Origin: Callorhinchus milii
Taxonomy: Eukaryota
DNA length: 64,000 bases
Direction of reading: 5' to 3'
Assembly (NCBI RefSeq): GCF_018977255.1
Contig: NW_024704743.1
Span: forward strand, 63,676,001-63,740,000
Part shown: piece by piece, positions 1 to 11,789 of the stretch
How positions within the stretch are numbered: position 1 is the first letter of the stretch
Layout: each line of letters starts with the position of its first letter
Notes under the pieces: model-generated
The model's input: only the letters and a program-made list of their open reading frames with translations
Databases searched by the model: none
What the model was told of the DNA's origin: nothing
Position numbers and translations under genes: made by a program

Positions 1-1400
1 TTGTTTCACTAAGTGAGCAATGGCCTGCTTCATATCCCTGCCCAATCTACCCCACCATCAACAGGCAGCTTTCAGCCATTCTGACTCTGTTCTCTGAAAC
101 TCCATGTTGGAGTCCTTCCAACTCACGTCTTAAAATGTACCTCTGACTGCACTTTCATCATCTTCCCCCCCCTCCCCGAATGCACTTTGGGACATCCTTC
201 CAATGTAAAAAGCACAATAGAATTCGAAATTATATTGAATTAAATCACACACTAAGCATACAGCAAGGACTTGAATCATAAATGAACATGAATAACTGAA
301 AAGCTAGCTGAGGTTTTCATTGCAAACATATATTCTGTGAAGCTCTTCGAGACGTCTCGACAACATGATAAGGTGCTATATCAAATGCAAGGACTATTAT
401 TATTATTATCTTCACATTTGGCCAATTTAACTTTTTTGTTTGCTAGGAAAAAAGCAAAGCTTCTGTTATGTTTTAGTGAAGCATTAATGGGTTAAAACTC
501 ATCTGGCCCCTTATTACACAACAGTGTACCCAGCGATGGTCTATTCATTGATTTTTTCCGTAAGACATCCCAATTAGAAACAGATGGTATAATGAAAACA
601 ACTTCAATGCGATGCAAAAAGCAAGACAAGGCAACTCCTCACATACTCTTAGTGCCATTTATCATGTGTAGGCATCTTAAATATTACCTCACGTGGTTTA
701 AACAGATGCAGAATAATAACTTATACATAAAACTGGCCACAGTTCATTCATGACTTTCACAGCGCACCTATTACACTAGCCATTGGCAAGTGACACAAAG
801 CATATGCAATGGGTGTAAAATACTCCCATCTTCCTTTACCATTCAGTTCACCTGGCTGCTCAATGTTGACATCTTACTACCTTACAAGCTTTCTAAGCTT
901 CCAGCACTTGCTCTGAGTTCTTGTATAAGCGCAAACTATTTTATTACGAAATATGTCTGAATCAGTTTGGGTGCAATCTTCAATCACAAGAACTAACCAG
1001 CCGAGATTCGTCATCTTACAATAACCAATCTTACAGAAGGCTAAATTTTTTGCAAACTGCAGCCCAAGATGAGAAATTTGAGCCTCAAACAGATGTACTA
1101 CAATTATAGACAATCTCCACTGTCAAACAGAACAGCTAGTGTACTTAGACCTCATATGGAGCAAGTACCTGAAGGTCAGAGCTTCCTGGGCATCAATGAT
1201 TAACCCAAGTTGTATAGTGCATCTGAGTTAGCGGATTGCTAGAATTCATATATGTGGACAAAGATGATCCCTAGATAGATTTGACAGAAAACTTAAATGT
1301 TATAAGATGAATACTTTTGGAAAACAACACTTGTATCTATCTGCCAAATGTCAAAGTCAAGAAAGCAAATTAGTTTTTGGAAGATGCCTAACTGGATGAG

Positions 1401-1744
1401 GTGGAGTCCTATAGCTTTGTGGTTAGAGCACTCGCCTCGCAAGCAAGAGGGCCTGGGTTTGATTCCCGGGCAGGGTGAAACATTGGGCAATTCGCTTACT
1501 CCATACGTCTCTGTTTACCAGCAATAGGTAGGAATCCAGTTGTTAGTCACTTGGTGGATCACATTTCTGCAGGTAATAATCCCTTCAATAATAATAATTT
1601 GGTCACTGTTTGTGGGACACTGTTGTTTCGTCCACAAGATATACAGTCAATTCACTTTACAGTATATTCTGTGAAGCGCTTTGAGACGTCTGGAAGACGT
1701 GATAAGCTGCTGGATCAAATGCAAGGATTATATTATTATATTAT
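1401..1744 (+). mobile_element. tRNA-derived SINE with Deu-like core and L2-type tail (long subfamily)
   Basis: tRNA-like head (TAGCTTTGTGGTTAGAGCAC...GGTTTGATTCC), central CTGTTTGTGGGAC, tail GAAGCGCTTTGAGACGTC...AAATGCAAGG followed by ATT-rich repeats. Confidence 0.85.
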
Positions 1745-4139
1745 AGAAAACTCCAAATGGACCATAGTTTTCAAGTTTGGCATAAGTCCTAGTCTCTGTT
1801 CAATTTACTCCAAAACACCAACAGAAGGAATGATCTAATTCAGAAGGCTGAAATAGAGATTCCACTGACTCCCAGTACCCTAGCAGACCAAAATCATGAT
1901 CTTCAAACTGACCTTCATGAAACGATCTTGTCCTCCTTACCTATTCAATCTCCTCCAACCTATGTTCCTCCTGTACCCTCCACTCTTCAGACTCTGGTCA
2001 TCCTTCACATTTTCCACTATAAGATGAGGCTTATAACAGACACTATGCCCATTCTCATGAGAACTCTCTTCACATTGCATCTTCTCTTCCTGCCTTCAAA
2101 ACTCTCTGAACAACCTATCAACTTTGTCCAACACCCTCAATTATAGTCTCCTTGGCTTCCTGCTTAAGAATCTCAATTATCACTGTGAAGAGCTTTAACA
2201 ACAAGTTTCGCTTATATAGCGCCCTCCACACTGGGTAGTGTCTCAGAGTGCTTGAGATCATTCTATTTTGTTCATCCCATATAATTTGCTGTTGTTATGT
2301 GAGTTATACAAATACAAGTTGTTTTGCCACAATGTTGTCAGGAACTAACAGGCGAAGGAGCACTGATGTAGCAGAGAAAAGTATGTTTGTTAGAATATCG
2401 TAGCCCCAGGATTAAGTAAGGTGCAAAAATTTGCATTGTTACCAAGATGAATCATATTAATTCCATTTGATGATTAAAGAGGCATCAAAGCAACAGTAAC
2501 TGTGGAAAGTATAAAAACACAATTTTGCATTACAATTCAAAATTACAAGAAGGGAAGTGACAAGTTATCACCTGTTGTTGATTGACAACCTGCTGTTGTT
2601 AAGTGCTCCAAGATGCTACCCTGTGTGAAGTGCACTACTGCAAGTTTGTGTTATTGTTGTAAACTATACTTGATCTTCTACGATGGCCTGTTGGGTTAAT
2701 GTGAGAGTATGTGGAAAGTGAGCATTTAGCAGAACACAGGCTAAGTGAGATGCAAACAAAATACCAGGACTGAGTATTTTTGGTCGTTTCAGATATTAGG
2801 TAGTTCTCTGGTGGTTGGGTTCTAAACAGCATTTAGAATCGAGGACACTTACAATATGTGGGAATCCAGAAGCATTCACAGGTCCTTCTCACACAAAAAA
2901 AATAGAAAGTGTTACGTGTTTAGTTAATGATGTAATAAGAGTACGAAACACCAACTATTGTTCCAAATGACAGAATAATATGATCTGACATGATAAGCGA
3001 AGATCAGCAAACATCAATGAAACTGCAACTTAAAACCACATTGCATTTTAATGTGTTGTGCATGGTCTCTCGGTCCAACAGAAATGTTTCTCATTTCAAT
3101 ATATCCCCAGTTTATCTGGTGATTTTCCATCAATACTGTTAAAGAAAAATCAATATTTTATTAAATACAAACCACATATTAACTGACAAGCAGTTGTAGT
3201 CATCATAGATTACATCCCCATTGTTTTCAATGCATATATTATATTTTGCACACTGTTGTTTCTCCATATCTCATGTAATGAATTATGTATAGGTCAATTC
3301 AGACATGTACTATTCAATTATAAAACAATCCGCTGAGAAACTAGGCAATCTGTTTTAACCTTTGTGTGTTAAATGTATCCATGCATGAAAAATTTAAATC
3401 AATTAATTCTATATTCCCTTTCCACTTTTTTAGGGTTAACCTAGTGCCTGAAACATGCAGAAACTTAAGAAAATCCAAACCACCCTCCCACATAATATAG
3501 CAATGTGGAAGAGTTTTTGCTTTCAAAAATCAGGGGAGGGTCAACTTACTTCTAGTTACTTTCAGAGCTACATACGTCACTCTGTAACTGCTCATTCAGT
3601 AGGTTACAGCAGTGGATGACTGACTTGTCCTCCAATACAGACGTCAGAAGAACATCTCATAGCGCTTCATAGCGTATCCTGCAAAAGTGATTTGACTGTG
3701 TATTTTGTGGGCGAAATGCAGCAGCCAGTTTACGCATGGGACCTCGGTTTAATATCTCACCCAAAAGACAACCTTATTTGGAACGAATAATGCCTTCCTC
3801 ATGACACAGGTAAGATTAGGCATCTTGAACAAGCCTACCCCACACTATAACCTTCCAATCCAAAGTCTTAGGAACAAAAGGAAAAATCATATTAATGAAT
3901 TCCTCCATTTAAAATTGGACACAGAAAAAAATCTTCTCACAATGGGTTGCAAGAATATTGAATGCATTGCCACATTGGCCCATAGATAAAGAACCTGTTG
4001 AGGTGTTTGAGAGGGAGGTAGATGGCTGCTAAGAAAGCAAGGATATGAAGCAATAGATTAGATTCAGGAATTTAAAATTCTGCAGGCACTCACCTAAAGT
4101 CTTTACAATACTGTGAAGAACTAAGCAGGATTGTTGGAC

Positions 4140-4330
4140 TGAATATGGTGGTGGAAACCGATTCAATAACAACTTTCAAAAGGGAATTAGATAGGTACTT
4201 GAAAAGGAAAAACTTGCAAGGATATGGGGAAACAGCGAACGGATTGGGTAGCTCTTCCAAAGAGCCGGCACAGGCAGGATGGACTGAATGGCCTCCTTGT
4301 GTGCTGTAATATTCTATGATTCTATGAATA
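4140..4330 (+). mobile_element. CR1/HER1-like 3' tail; similar tails at about 30600-30740, 50370-50540 and 63590-63845
   Basis: TTTCAAAAGGGAATTAGATAGG...GGACTGAATGGCCTCCTTGTGTGCTGTAATATTCTATGATTCTATGA. Confidence 0.8.
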
Positions 4331-5245
4331 GCTTCCACCTAATACTACAAACAATACCAAACAGCCTCCAGATATTCAAATACACAGTAAACAATGGAGC
4401 AAGAGTTATGTTGAATTACCGTATACCCAAATTAAGCAGCCTTTTTGTCCCCAGTTTCAACATAAAATATACTGAAACAGCAGGGGCACCTTTACAATGT
4501 TGCATTTCTGAAAAGTGGGATAATAAATAAACAATCTTCTGGTGAAACGACAATAAAATAATCCAATTTGCACTTCTCCTCCCCTCCTCAGAGAAAAAAT
4601 ATAAAAAGGTGACACAAACCGTTCCAAAAGTGTTGTGCAGAGTGGAATTTGTCATGGCAGCAGGGATGTGCCCTCGGTTTGTCCCTGCAGCAGGACAGGG
4701 AAACCAGGAGTCAATCTGGGAGGAGTCAGTACAGAGGGAGAAAGGCAAACACTTGGCAGTAGACTGTGTGCAGGGAAAGGGGAAGATCCTTCCTACTGTA
4801 ATGGCAAAATTAAAGTGCTTGCGAGTGTTTAAGGCTGCGATATACTGTGGGGTTCCACCTTTCCTTCCGATACTCTTGTCATTTAGGCCTCGGACCCACA
4901 GCAGAACCATGTAACAAACTCCCTCACCCGACTCTCCAACCCTCCTCCTCGGGTCGCTATTGCAATGCCACGGTTTCCGATTATGGGAATACACATTCAC
5001 ACAGAAAACCATAATTAGTCTCCACTGAAGCCACGGCGTGTTTCAGATAAACTATCGGACTGATTCCACCACTGAAGTTTAAAAGACCATGGAAGCCGCG
5101 AGAGGGTGTGTGTGTGTGTGTGTGTTTATTTAAATTACTGGTGGTTTACAAACAGCCCACGTACAGATCACTGGATCTCTGCTCCTCCCCCTCGAAACTC
5201 GCCTTCCTCCACTGCAGACTCGGATCGTCAGCAAAACGAGGAGTG

Positions 5246-6325
5246 CCTGTGCTGTGCTGCCCTGAGCTGTGCTGAGCTGCCCTGTGCTGTGCTGCCCTGT
5301 GCTGTGCTGCCCTGTGCTGTGCTGCCCTGAGCTGTGCTGAGCTGCCCTGAGCTGAGCTGCCCTGAGCTGTGCTGAGCTGTGCTGCGCTGCCCTGTGCTGT
5401 GCTGCCCTGAGCTGTGCTGCCCTGTGCTGCCCTGTGCTGCCCCGAGCTGTGCTGCCCTGTGCTGTGCTGCCCTGTGCTGCCCCGAGCTGTGCTGCCCTGT
5501 GCTGTGCTGCCCTGTGCTGTGCTGCCCTGTGCTGCCCCGAGCTGTGCTGCCCTGTGCTGTGCTGCCCTGTGCTGCCCCGAGCTGTGCTGCCCTGTGCTGT
5601 GCTGCCCCGAGCTGTGCTGCCCTGTGCTGCCCCGAGCTGTGCTGCCCTGTGCTGTGCTGCCCTGAGCTGTGCTGCCCTGTGCTGCCCCGAGCTGTGCTGC
5701 CCTGTGCTGTGCTGCCCTGTGCTGTGCTGCCCTGTGCTGCCCTGAGCTGTGCTGCCCCGAGCTGTGCTGCCCCGAGCTGTGCTGCCCTGAGCTGTGCTGA
5801 GCTGCCCTGTGCTGCCCTGAGCTGTGCTGCCCTGTGCTGTGCTGCCCTGAGCTGTGCTGCCCTGAGCTGTCCTGTGCTGCCCTGAGCTGTGCTGAGCTGC
5901 TGGCCCTGAGCTGTGCTGCCCTGTGCTGTGCTGCCCTGAGCTGTGCTGCCCTGAGCTGCCCTGTGCTGTGCTGCCCTGAGCTGTGCTGAGCTGCCCTGTG
6001 CTGAGCTGCCCTGTGCTGTGCTGCCCTGAGCTGTGCTGAGCTGCCCTGTGCTGAGCTGCCCTGTGCTGAGCTGCCCTGAGCTGTGCTGCCCTGAGCTGCC
6101 CTGTGCTGAGCTGCCCTGTGCTGAGCTGCCCTGAGCTGAGCTGCCCTGAGCTGTCCTGTGCTGTGCTGCCCTGAGCTGAGCTGCCCTGAGCTGTGCTGAG
6201 CTGTGCTGTGCTGCGCTGCCCTGAGCTGTGCTGCCCTGTGCTGCCCCGAGCTGTGCTGAGCTGTGCTGCCTGAGCTGTCCTGTGCTGCCCTGTCCTGAGC
6301 TGCTCTGTGCTGCCCTGAGCTGCCC
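5246..6325. repeat. Pentamer-based minisatellite (GAGCT/GTGCT/GCCCT units)
   Basis: About 1.08 kb built from CTGAG, CTGTG, CTGCC and CCGAG 5-mers; it generates the spurious ORFs at 5130-6402. Confidence 0.97.
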
Positions 6326-6353
6326 CACTCCACTCCCTCACCAGCCTGATCAC

Positions 6354-6380
6354 CAGAGAGAGAGAGAGAGAGAGGGAGAG
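6354..6380. repeat. (GA)n microsatellite; also (GT)n at 5106-5124 and (CAGT)/(CCCAGT) runs at about 6519-6567
   Basis: Direct reading. Confidence 0.9.
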
Positions 6381-8134
6381 ACATACCGACTGTAACCTGC
6401 ACTCGCTATTTCAAAACCAACCATTCACCTGTGTCTCCACGTATCTGTGGTACAAAGGTATCGATGGTATGAGAGTGAGACGCGCTGATAGGATCCAGTG
6501 ATGCCATTTGGCTGTTCACCAGTCAGTCAGTCAGTCCCAGTCCCAGTCCCAGTCAGAGTCAGAGTCAACTCTCACTGAAACCACAGCAATGCCTGTGAGG
6601 GGAGGCGGGCTCTAGAGTTGGCAACACCAAGAGGTGACCCCCCCTAAAGAGATAGCTCTTTACAAAACAGCTGCCAGACAAGATTCGACACCTCTTTTAA
6701 AAAAAAAGTCACTCATTTGCACCGTTAGTGAAACCCGCTGCCATTTTACCCCATGCATCAAAGGTTTCGATGCAATTAAAACCAGTGCACAAAAAGGCGC
6801 CGGACTGCGCTATCCTGAAAAGATGTCCACACATCCACCCACGTCGCTCACCACAAATCGATACCCATTTCCTGCACTGCAAAACAAAAAGCGCTCTCTG
6901 GCAGAAAATGTACCGAGGATTCGTTAAGTTTTGTGCAGCGTTGCGTTGCACAGATTTTCCGGCTTTGTTCTAAAATGTTGGGGGGGAAAAAAAATTCAGC
7001 AGCTGTGATGGGATCAGAGTTTACGAAAAAAGAGAAGAGAACTTAAGGCAAAGTTGTTGCAGTGCTGCTGTAAACACAGCTCCTTCCTTGTGAGCCATCA
7101 AATGGGTCACAGTGGTTTAGTCGATCGACCGGTTGTGAGGTTTACCAAAGGTAGACCAAAGGTGACAATTGTTGCAAGTAAACCCGAGTCAATGTCGTGT
7201 CAAAATCACCCACATTCGCCCCTCTTTCGTCGCCACCCAGAAAGGGAAAGGGATGGCCTCTGTCTATCTGATCCCTGGTGTCCAAGTATTGATCTCTCTT
7301 CCGTGTCTTCGTGTTTCTTCTAAATCTCGCCCAACAGGAGTTCCTACCGCTGTGCAAAGTGCTCGCCCCACACATACCACATATGCCGATTGCAGCCGAC
7401 ACCCCACCGGCAAACAGACGGGTTTCGTTCACATCAAATCGAGGAATAATCGAAATGATGGGGGACCAGCAGCCGAAAGCGGCATTGCAAGACCTCCCGA
7501 GTGTATTCGTACCTGTTCACTTCCCACTTCTCGTCACCTCCTCCCTCTCACACATTACCACAACCTTCCACCTCTCCACTCATATCTGGTCTCTCAGTTT
7601 GTCCCCTCTCCCTCGGTTATCATCGCCCACTGTCAGCAGAATATAGAGCCGCCTCATCTGATGTGCGCACCTCAAACGGTTCAGTTAAATGAGTGAATTG
7701 GACGAAGAGGAGTTCCGAGTGAAATTCGAGTTTGTTTGACTTGGTCCACACTCGTATTTAAAGTTAACACCGTCCAATGTCAACGGTAACAGTATGTTTG
7801 GCAACATCCAAACGCACAAAATGCAGGAATCGAAGTCCAGCGTTTCTAAAGTATTTTCGGCCCCAGAGCTCTGCCACTCTGTACAGATAGGCTTTGCTGC
7901 ATTTAACACGATTCGCAAAAAATCACGAAAGCGAACTCAAGCATTCAGGTGGAGGAGAAATCAGGCAACTACAAGTGAGGGATTAACTTTAGCCAAACTA
8001 TGGGGACTGGGAAACAGGTACGAGGAACATGTACTGAGGAGGGAGGGCTCCACAACAGGCAAGAGGCGGACACAGGTACAGGTGAGGGCTGGTGTGAAAC
8101 TCTGGGGCCGGGCAGCAACAAGCTGCAGGTCTCC

Positions 8135-9618
8135 AGGGCAGTGAGGTGGGTGCAGGTGAGGGCAGTGAGGTGGGTGAGGGCAGTGCGGTGGGTGCAGGTG
8201 AGGGCAGTGAGGTGGGTGCGGGTGAGGGCAGTGAGGTGGGTGCAGGTGAGGGCAGTGAGGTGGGTGCAGGTGAGGGCAGTGAGGTGGGTGAGGGCAGTGA
8301 GGTGGGTGAGGGCAGTGAGGTGGGTGAGGGCAGTGAGGTGGGTGAGGGCAGTGAGGTGGGTGAGGGCAGTGAGGTGGGTGAGGGCAGTGAGGTGGGTGCA
8401 GGTGAGGGCAGTGAGGTGGGTGAGGGCAGTGAGGTGGGTGCAGGTGAGGGCAGTGAGGTGGGTGCAGGTGAGGGCAGTGAGGTGGGTGAGGGCAGTGAGG
8501 TGGGTGAGGGCAGTGAGGTGGGTGAGGGCAGTGAGGTGGGTGAGGGCAGTGAGGTGGGTGAGGGCAGTGAGGTGGGTGAGGGCAGTGAGGTGGGTGCAGG
8601 TGAGGGCAGTGAGGTGGGTGAGGGCAGTGAGGTGGGTGCAGGTGAGGGCAGTGAGGTGGGTGAGGGCAGTGCGGTGGGTGCGGGTGAGGGCAGTGAGGAG
8701 GGTGCAGGTGAGGGCAGTGCGGTGGGTGCAGGTGAGGGCAGTGCGGTGGGTGCAGGTGAGGGCAGTGCGGTGGGTGAGGGCAGTGAGGTGGGTGAGGGCA
8801 GTGCGGTGGGTGCGGGTGAGGGCAGTGCGGTGGGTGAGGGTGAGGGCAGTGCGGTGGGTGCGGGTGAGGGCAGTGCGGTGGGTGAGGGTGAGGGCAGTGC
8901 GGTGGGTGCGGGTGAGGGCAGTGCGGTGGGTGCGGTGGGTGAGGGCAGTGCGGTGGGTGCGGGTGAGGGCAGTGCGGTGGGTGAGGGCAGTGCGGTGGGT
9001 GAGGGCAGTGCGGTGGGTGGCAGTGCGGTGGGTGCGGGTGAGGGCAGTGCGGTGGGTGAGGGCAGTGCGGTGGGTGGCAGTGCGGTGGGTGCGGGTGAGG
9101 GCAGTGAGGTGGGTGAGGGCAGTGCGGTGGGTGCGGGTGAGGGCAGTGCGGTGGGTGCAGGTGAGGGCAGTGCGGTGGGTGAGGGCAGTGAGGTGGGTGA
9201 GGGCAGTGCGGTGGGTGCGGGTGAGGGCAGTGAGGTGGGTGAGGGCAGTGCGGTGGGTGCGGTGGGTGAGGGCAGTGCGGTGGGTGCGGGTGAGGGCAGT
9301 GCGGTGGGTGAGGCAGTGCGGTGGGTGAGGGCAGTGCGGTGGGTGGCAGTGCGGTGGGTGCGGGTGAGGGCAGTGCGGTGGGTGAGGGCAGTGCGGTGGG
9401 TGGCAGTGCGGTGGGTGCGGGTGAGGGCAGTGAGGTGGGTGAGGGCAGTGCGGTGGGTGCGGGTGAGGGCAGTGCGGTGGGTGAGGGCAGTGCGGTGGGT
9501 GCGGGTGCGGGTGAGGGCAGTGCGGTGGGTGCGGGTGCGGGTGAGGGCAGTGCGGTGGGTGCGGGTGAGGGCAGTGCGGTGGGTGCGGGTGAGGGCAGTG
9601 CGGTGGGTGCGGGTGCGG
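8135..9618. repeat. G-rich minisatellite (18/24-bp units GGTGAGGGCAGTG[A/C]GGTG(GGTGCR))
   Basis: About 1.5 kb tandem array abutting the exon 1 splice donor. Confidence 0.97.
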
Positions 9619-9619
9619 A

Positions 9620-10420
9620 CACTCACAGGCAGCTCCACGCTAACGTCCGTCCCGTCCAGCAGCTGCACCCTGCAGGTCAGCACCGACTTGTTGCTCCCGG
9701 CCGCGGGGATGTGCACGGCGGCCCCGCCGCTCACAAGGGTCCCGCACCCGCCGCCAGCACCGCCCGCTGCAAAATCCCGACCTCCAGCGGCGCCGCCGAC
9801 ACCTCTCCCCCCCACTGCCCCTCCAGCCCCGTCCCGGCCTCTCCCGCCGCCGCCGTCCCGCTCGTCCATGTAGCGGCGGACCGAGCGCCGCCCGAACGTC
9901 CTCCGCAGAAACCTCATCATCTTCGCCCGGTATGTGCTCCCCGGTGTGAGCGGGTGCGGTGCGGTGTGGTGCGGTGTCGGGGGGGGGGGGGGCGGGGGGC
10001 GGGCGCTGTGCCGGTGTGTGTCCGGCGGAGACTCGGCGCCCTCTCACCCACACACTGTACGACGGGGGAAACGCTCACAGGTGAGCGACGAACACCGCGC
10101 GTGCGCGAGCCTAACGGCCGCCCCGCCTCCCACCGCGCAGGCGCGCCTCCGCCGCCCAGGCACGACACCCCCCCCCCACCCTCCTCCCCGGTCCGCATGC
10201 GCGGTTCCCTTCAGCCACCTGGTGCCGCCCCTGAGCATGCGCACAGCCCCCTCTCCTCCCTCCCCCCACATACACACAGACTGGACATGCGCTCACGTGA
10301 TAGGAGCTGAACACACGCCTCATGAGCGCCGCCGGGCGGCCGCCCGCCCGCCCGCCGTACTGAGCATGCGCGGGCTGAACGCTCTCGTCAGTGAGCATGC
10401 GCACAGATAGCCTGGTGCCA
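9620..10420 (-). promoter_or_regulatory. CpG island / promoter of EPB41L4B with clustered NRF1-like motifs and an E-box
   Basis: Very high GC and CpG density. (G)CATGCGC occurs at about 10195, 10235, 10286, 10364 and 10395. TCACGTGA is at 10293-10300. GC-boxes are present. Confidence 0.75.
9627..9920 (-). CDS. EPB41L4B: First coding exon of band 4.1-like protein 4B (FERM-domain protein, EHM2/Lulu2); the gene continues toward lower coordinates
   Basis: Translates as [24 protein letters not shown]...[34 protein letters not shown]. This matches the recalled EPB41L4B N-terminus ([46 protein letters not shown]). The exon is 294 nt, ends in phase 0 and is followed by a GTGAGT donor at 9626-9621. 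It lies next to PTPN3, as in human. Exon 2 was not recognised in the window. Confidence 0.92.
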
Positions 10421-10434
10421 GGGCAGGTGAGGAA

Positions 10435-11225
10435 ACAACAACAACAACAACAGCAGCAGAATTACATTTGTGAAGTGCCTTTCACGTCGGGACGACGTCC
10501 CAAGACGGTGGACAGTCAGTGTTTGGGACCCGAGCTGGGGGTCGAGATTGGGGAAGCGGGGCGATCAACAGCATGGTCGAAGAGGAGGGTCTGGAAGGAG
10601 GCGAGGGAGGGGGCGAGGGAGGGGCGGGGGAGGGGGCGGGGGAGGGGGCGAGGGAGGGGGCGAGGGAGGGAGGCGAGGGAGGGAGGAGGCGAGGGAGGGA
10701 GGAGGCGAGGGAGGGGGCGAGGGAGGGGGGCGAGGGAGGGGGCGAGGGAGGGGGCGAGGGAGGGGGCGAGGGAGGGGGCGAGGGAGGGGCGAGGGAGGGG
10801 GCGAGGGCGAGGGAGGGGGCGAGGGAGGGGCGAGGGAGGGGACGAGGGAGGGGGACGAGGGAGGGGGCGAGGGAGGGGGGCGAGGGAGGGGGGCGAGGGA
10901 GGGGGGCGAGGGAGGGGGCGAGGGAGGGGGCGAGGGAGGGGGGCGAGGGAGGGGGACGAGGGAGAGGACGAGGGAGGGGGGCGAGGGAGGGGACGAGGGA
11001 GGAGGCGAGGGAGGGGACGAGGTGGAGGGACTGCGGGATGGAGTTCCAGAGGGTAGGGGCAGAGTGGCAGAAGGCTCGCCCGCCGCCGCCCGCCCACCAA
11101 TGGTGAGGTGGGGGATGTGAAGCAGGCCGGAGCCCGCTGAGCGGAGGGAGTGGGCAGGTTGGTAGGGGACTAGGAGGTCACAGAGGTAAGGGGGGGGAAC
11201 AAGACCACGGAGGGCTTTGAAAGTG
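10435..11225 (-). mobile_element. L2 LINE 3' end with (TTG)n tail, immediately upstream of the EPB41L4B promoter
   Basis: FKALRGLVPPPYLCDLLVPYQPAHSLRS is the typical L2/CR1-group ORF2 C-terminus; (CAA)n tail at 10435-10450. Confidence 0.85.
10598..11030. repeat. Polypurine minisatellite (GGGGGCGAGGGA)n inside an L2 copy
   Basis: Direct reading; flanked on both sides by L2 3' sequence. Confidence 0.95.
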
Positions 11226-11789
11226 CCAGATGCAGAGGCAACCCCCACCCCGTCATTATAAATTATATTATACAGGGTGTTCCAAATGGACCATCCGGCC
11301 CCTCCCTCTATTTCATCGCTCTTTCCATAAACCGTAAAAGTGATGTAATGTTTCAGGAAGGGAAAATGTTGCTTAAGCATCCCCCGGAAGTTTCTCAGAT
11401 AGGGTATCAGGCCCTCAGTAGCTAAAACGTTGAACCACTCTGACTTATAATAATAATACTCTCTGGAATCAGATAAGTAGGGTGAGTGCTTCCTTGGAGA
11501 AAAGTGCACGTTCTGTTCTAGATACAGGGGAATTTCCATGTGTTATATACATATGTCTTGTATGTAAATAATGGCTGTGACGTTCACTCACAAAATACAC
11601 ACCACTTTACATTCCTGTGAAACGCTTTGAGGCATCTCAGTAACATGATAAGGGATAATAATAATGTGATACTATATCAAATGCAAGGATTATTATTGCC
11701 ATGCCTAAAATAATCTGAGAGTTCTACATATGTATTCTTCCTACAAATCAAAATTTTCCTGTGAGAGGGAATGCACACTTTTTCCCTAG

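Noticed and set aside
4416..5012. 198-aa minus-strand ORF
   Set aside because: No recognisable domain; it does not match EPB41L4B exon 2 (expected KHAKGQDLFDQIVYHLDL-like).
5130..6402. Long Cys-rich or Gln/Ala-rich ORFs (keratin-associated-like)
   Set aside because: They are open in several frames on both strands because the pentamer repeat is poor in stops; there is no gene structure.
7961..9873. 442-575 aa repetitive ORFs (HPPHCP, RAVRWV, GEGSEV)
   Set aside because: Translations of the minisatellite. Only 9627-9920 is supported as coding.
5246..11030. CRISPR-like or prokaryotic repeat array
   Set aside because: There are no unique spacers and no cas genes; the context is intron-containing vertebrate DNA.
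10391..11539. RG-rich and Pro-rich ORFs
   Set aside because: Products of the polypurine repeat and L2 remnant.
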